Source: Terriglobia bacterium (GTDB taxonomy: Bacteria; Acidobacteriota; Terriglobia; Terriglobales; Acidobacteriaceae). Taken from it: a DNA stretch of 64,000 bases. Of this stretch, positions 61,300-64,000 are shown piece by piece. The translations under genes and the position numbers were made by a program. The notes below the pieces were generated by a model. The model saw only the letters and a list, made by a program, of their open reading frames with translations. It ran no database searches and was not told the DNA's origin. The stretch's first letter is position 1; every line of letters begins with the position of its first letter. Where the stretch lies: assembly GCA_963801595.1 (NCBI GenBank), contig CAWDFW010000026.1, positions 18,695 to 82,694 of the forward strand. The letters are read 5' to 3'.

Positions 61300-61471
61300 C
61301 TTTTAGGAATCAAACCTTGCAGTCGGGGAGTATCCTGAAGCAGCATCTTGTTTAAGAGTTTGTCTGGCACCGGTGAACTCGTGCCCTTCCCCGTCCACGT
61401 GCAATCCTGTCCCAAAAATGTAAAAGCCGCCGGACGACCGGCGGCTTCAGCCGAAGACAGCGGTTTGAGAA

Positions 61472-61840
61472 CTAGCGCGAGCTCTCTTCCAGGATCCCCT
61501 GTTCCAGCTTTTCCTGACACTCGATGCAGTGGCGGGTCCAGGGCACGGCCTCCAGGCGCTTGGCGTTGATTTCCTTGCCACAGGCGATGCACTCCCCGAA
61601 TTCGCCTTCGCGCAGGCGTTCCAGGGCGCCGTCCACCATCTGCAGCAGCTGGCGGTCGTTGTTGCTCTGGTGAAAGAGAAACTCTTTCGTATAGGAACTC
61701 GCGGCCCGGTCGGCAATGTCCTGGGCCGAGTCCTCGTCCACGGTACGACCATCCTGTTCCGTGCGAGTGACCATGCGGCGCAGTTCCACCTGCCGCGTTT
61801 CCAATCTTTTTTTGAAGTAGTCCAGCTTCTTTTTATCCAT
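61472..61840 (-). CDS. dksA: DksA/TraR family C4 zinc-finger RNA polymerase-binding regulator
   Basis: Coiled-coil N-terminal part with the acidic tip DEDSAQDIADRA, followed by CIACGKEI..x..HCIECQ. Intact 122 aa. Confidence 0.88.
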   Translation of the reverse strand: MDKKKLDYFKKRLETRQVELRRMVTRTEQDGRTVDEDSAQDIADRAASSYTKEFLFHQSNNDRQLLQMVDGALERLREGEFGECIACGKEINAKRLEAVPWTRHCIECQEKLEQGILEESSR

Positions 61841-61947
61841 GGATAATAACTTCGCGGCCCGCAGGCCGCGTCCTTAATGCGTCTGGCTATAAGATCAGAC
61901 GCAAATGATATGCGCTTAAATTGAGATGCGTCAACTGCCCCCGGAGT

Positions 61948-63258
61948 CTAGTCCCGGGCTGGAGCATTCTTGGGCGGGGAGGCTCCGCGCTTGATGGCCC
62001 GTTCCAGGGTATGGTCCAAGGCGGTCCGGGCCCGCTCGTATTCCGGCTGAGAGATGTTGCCCTGCTTGCGGTCCACTTCCAACTGAAACAGCTCTTCCTT
62101 CAGCGCTTCGAGCAGCAGTCCGGAGCGGCCCGCAGCCGCCTGCCGGGCCGGAAAATTGTCAGACGCATCTACATCAGATGCACCGAAACCCGGGATGGTC
62201 GCAAGCGACTGTTCCGCCGCACGAGACCGGTTTGTTATGTAGATGGCACCCGCGGCCAGCACCACGGCAAAGCCTCCCAGAATGTACCAGCGATACTTTT
62301 CCAGAGGATCGGGAGCATCGATGGGTGGGCCCAGTCCGCCCCCGGGACGGGAATCGCGCCCTGCGGTAGCGCCGTTATCGCCCGAAGGTGCGCTCCCGCC
62401 ACCACTGTCGTCGCCTTCGTTCAAGGTCCCGGTGCCCGAAATCTTGAATGCCAGCTGCTGACCCAGTTCGGTGTTCGACGCCACCTGCACCGTGGCGCCC
62501 GGCTCCTTTGGATTTGCCCTGGACTCGAAGCCGCTGCCCGGACCCGCCGAAAACTGCATGGTCTTAGGCAACATGACAACAAAGTGCTGGGCTGGATAAA
62601 GGGCCTTGGGATCGATGCTCAACTCGCCGTTGTACGGGAGTTCGAAGCCAACCTGAAACAGGGTCTGGCCCGGACGCAACGGGAAGATGAAGGCATAACG
62701 GTTCTTCTCTTTCTGCGGGACCGGATCTGTCTTAAGCGGCTGCCCTCCCGCGGTCTCGGCCGAAGAATCCGCGATCCGCGCCCCCTCAGGCAGGTAGAAC
62801 TCGAAGTTCTGGTCGTTCATCTGGGTACGCGGCGGATTGGAGGTGTTATTCACCGCGAACAGACGGGTGCCCTGCAGCTCATTTCCCTGTGCCTGAAAAC
62901 GCATAACATCGGCGGTCACGCTGATGTCATTGAGCTTCTTGGATACGTCGAAGACTTGCACTTCGACCGAGTTCGTCCCCGGAGGCGCCATGCTGTGGTA
63001 GGTCACGCCCTGGTGGACCGCGCGAATGAGATGCGGGCCCGCGTCCGCAACCTTGAAGCTGAAGCGGCCGCTGGCGTCAGCCTTAGTGCGCCCAGCTTCT
63101 TCCATCCCCTGGCCGAGTTTGATGAGAATGACGTCATCTCCGGCGGCGGGCTTTCCGGTGGTCCCGTTCTTAAGCGTGCCGCTCAAGGTTTGCGCCGAAG
63201 CGACAGAGGAAAGCAGGATTGCGAGCGCAGCCGCAACTACCTTGGGGGGAAGTTTCAA
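61948..63258 (-). CDS. Carboxypeptidase-regulatory-like domain protein with C-terminal TM helix, last gene of the ccm-type operon
   Basis: Signal peptide MKLPPKVVAAALAILLSSVASA. LSGTLKNGTTGKPAAGDDVILIK..ADASGRFSF (CarboxypepD_reg), TM helix WYILGGFAVVLAAGAIYI. Start overlaps the upstream gene (ATGA-type overlap at 63255-63258). Intact. Confidence 0.6.
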   Translation of the reverse strand: MKLPPKVVAAALAILLSSVASAQTLSGTLKNGTTGKPAAGDDVILIKLGQGMEEAGRTKADASGRFSFKVADAGPHLIRAVHQGVTYHSMAPPGTNSVEVQVFDVSKKLNDISVTADVMRFQAQGNELQGTRLFAVNNTSNPPRTQMNDQNFEFYLPEGARIADSSAETAGGQPLKTDPVPQKEKNRYAFIFPLRPGQTLFQVGFELPYNGELSIDPKALYPAQHFVVMLPKTMQFSAGPGSGFESRANPKEPGATVQVASNTELGQQLAFKISGTGTLNEGDDSGGGSAPSGDNGATAGRDSRPGGGLGPPIDAPDPLEKYRWYILGGFAVVLAAGAIYITNRSRAAEQSLATIPGFGASDVDASDNFPARQAAAGRSGLLLEALKEELFQLEVDRKQGNISQPEYERARTALDHTLERAIKRGASPPKNAPARD

Positions 63259-63566
63259 ACTCTGGTTTCCTTTCGGCCGGGGAGCGGGCGGGTAGCGGCC
63301 TGTTCGAGCCGCGCCATCTCTGCCAGAATGCCGGCTGCCTCATCTTCGAGCGAAGTCTTCAGCGACTGGAAGTCCTGATCGGGAAGCTTGCCTGCCTGGT
63401 GCTCAAAATTCAGATCGCGCAGGTTCTCATAGACCATTTCCTTGCGCTCCTGCAAATATGCGAGCCGCGTCTTCTCCGGACCCATGTGCAATCTTCCGGG
63501 AAGATAAAATACGTAGAAGAGAACGCACAGGGTCACCATGGCGCAGGTGAGGGCTGCGACGGTCAT
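63255..63566 (-). CDS. Small membrane protein with coiled-coil tail, coupled to ccmH
   Basis: MTVAALTCAMVTLCVLFYVFYL followed by a charged helix. It has 4-nt overlaps with both neighbouring genes. Confidence 0.5.
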   Translation of the reverse strand: MTVAALTCAMVTLCVLFYVFYLPGRLHMGPEKTRLAYLQERKEMVYENLRDLNFEHQAGKLPDQDFQSLKTSLEDEAAGILAEMARLEQAATRPLPGRKETRV

Positions 63567-64000
63567 ATTTGAGTGTCCTTCCTGGCCTGGGTACGAAAGC
63601 GTTCAAGCTCGGTGCCGCTGACCGGCAAAACACCGCCGGGAGCGGCCAGCGCGGGTCTTTTTTTCCACGCCAGCACAATAAATATTGTGGTCATCAGTCC
63701 CAGGGCAAGCGCCAGAAACGGCATGATCCACGCCACCCGGTTGAAGCCGGTCGCGGTCGGCGCGGCCAGTACCGTGGGACCGTATTTCTGTACGAAGGCC
63801 TGCAGCGTCAAATCGTCGTTTTCGCCGCGATCGAGTCCAGCCATAAGCTCGCCGCGCATGCGGTCGGAATAAGTGCAGCCCACGTGGTTGCACTCCAGCA
63901 GGATCTGGCTGCAGCCACAGACGCACATCAGCTTGTGGCCCAGTTTGTTGAAGCGCGCCCCTTCGTCACTGGCGCCCAGCAGCGCAAACGCCGCCAGGAC
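63563..64000 (-). CDS. ccmH: Cytochrome c-type biogenesis protein CcmH/NrfF family, 5' end beyond the window
   Basis: The frame stays open to the window edge (VLAAFALLGASDEGARFNKLGHKL). Cys-rich motif MCVCGCSQILLECNHVGC, then DDLTLQAFVQKYGPTVLAAP and the TM helix WIMPFLALALGLMTTIFIVLAW. Confidence 0.75.
   Translation of the reverse strand, partial: VLAAFALLGASDEGARFNKLGHKLMCVCGCSQILLECNHVGCTYSDRMRGELMAGLDRGENDDLTLQAFVQKYGPTVLAAPTATGFNRVAWIMPFLALALGLMTTIFIVLAWKKRPALAAPGGVLPVSGTELERFRTQARKDTQI

Overview
High-GC (about 60% by eye) bacterial chromosomal segment, probably from an Acidobacteria-like soil bacterium. That assignment is inferred from CarboxypepD_reg-type TonB receptors, many exported glycosidases and several families of GC-rich hairpin repeats. 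Gene order: a caa3-type cytochrome c oxidase operon (SCO1, coxB, ctaD, ctaE, subunit IV); a large FAD/Fe-S oxidoreductase; a small inverted-repeat-bounded cassette; rsgA and kdsB; a giant Ser/Thr kinase with TPR repeats; a DUF11 surface protein; a uronate/pectin utilisation locus (GarD-type dehydratase, GH28, putative uronate isomerase, LysR, TonB-dependent receptor, GH31); and tRNA-Met(CAU). After the tRNA comes a lower-GC accessory segment, all on the minus strand, with four orphan genes and a signalling module (CHASE3 pseudo-kinase, hybrid HK-REC-PilZ). It is closed by a tyrosine recombinase plus IS91-family transposase. Next is a cluster of exported enzymes: Tat aldo/keto reductase, a triple-RidA fusion, a Tat SelA/DgaE-like PLP enzyme, a Tat amidohydrolase, LacI and a GH3 with PA14 insert. 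The window ends with xylB, an HpcH-type aldolase, glutamine synthetase, PPOX, NIPSNAP, SIMPL, GNAT, dksA and the start of a ccm operon. No rRNA or CRISPR array was seen. Two window-wide observations stand out. First, roughly fifty single-base frame switches (hand count) break otherwise well-conserved, often essential genes; several sit in short homopolymers, so sequence or assembly indels are more likely than real pseudogenes. Gene spans below therefore join the ORF-track fragments. Second, at least five families of hairpin or MITE-like intergenic repeats are present. The most interesting candidates for new biology are the tRNA-adjacent orphan operon with its signalling module, the exported PLP-lyase/triple-RidA pair, and the 0.6-kb IR-bounded cassette. 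All functional ideas for these are hypotheses.
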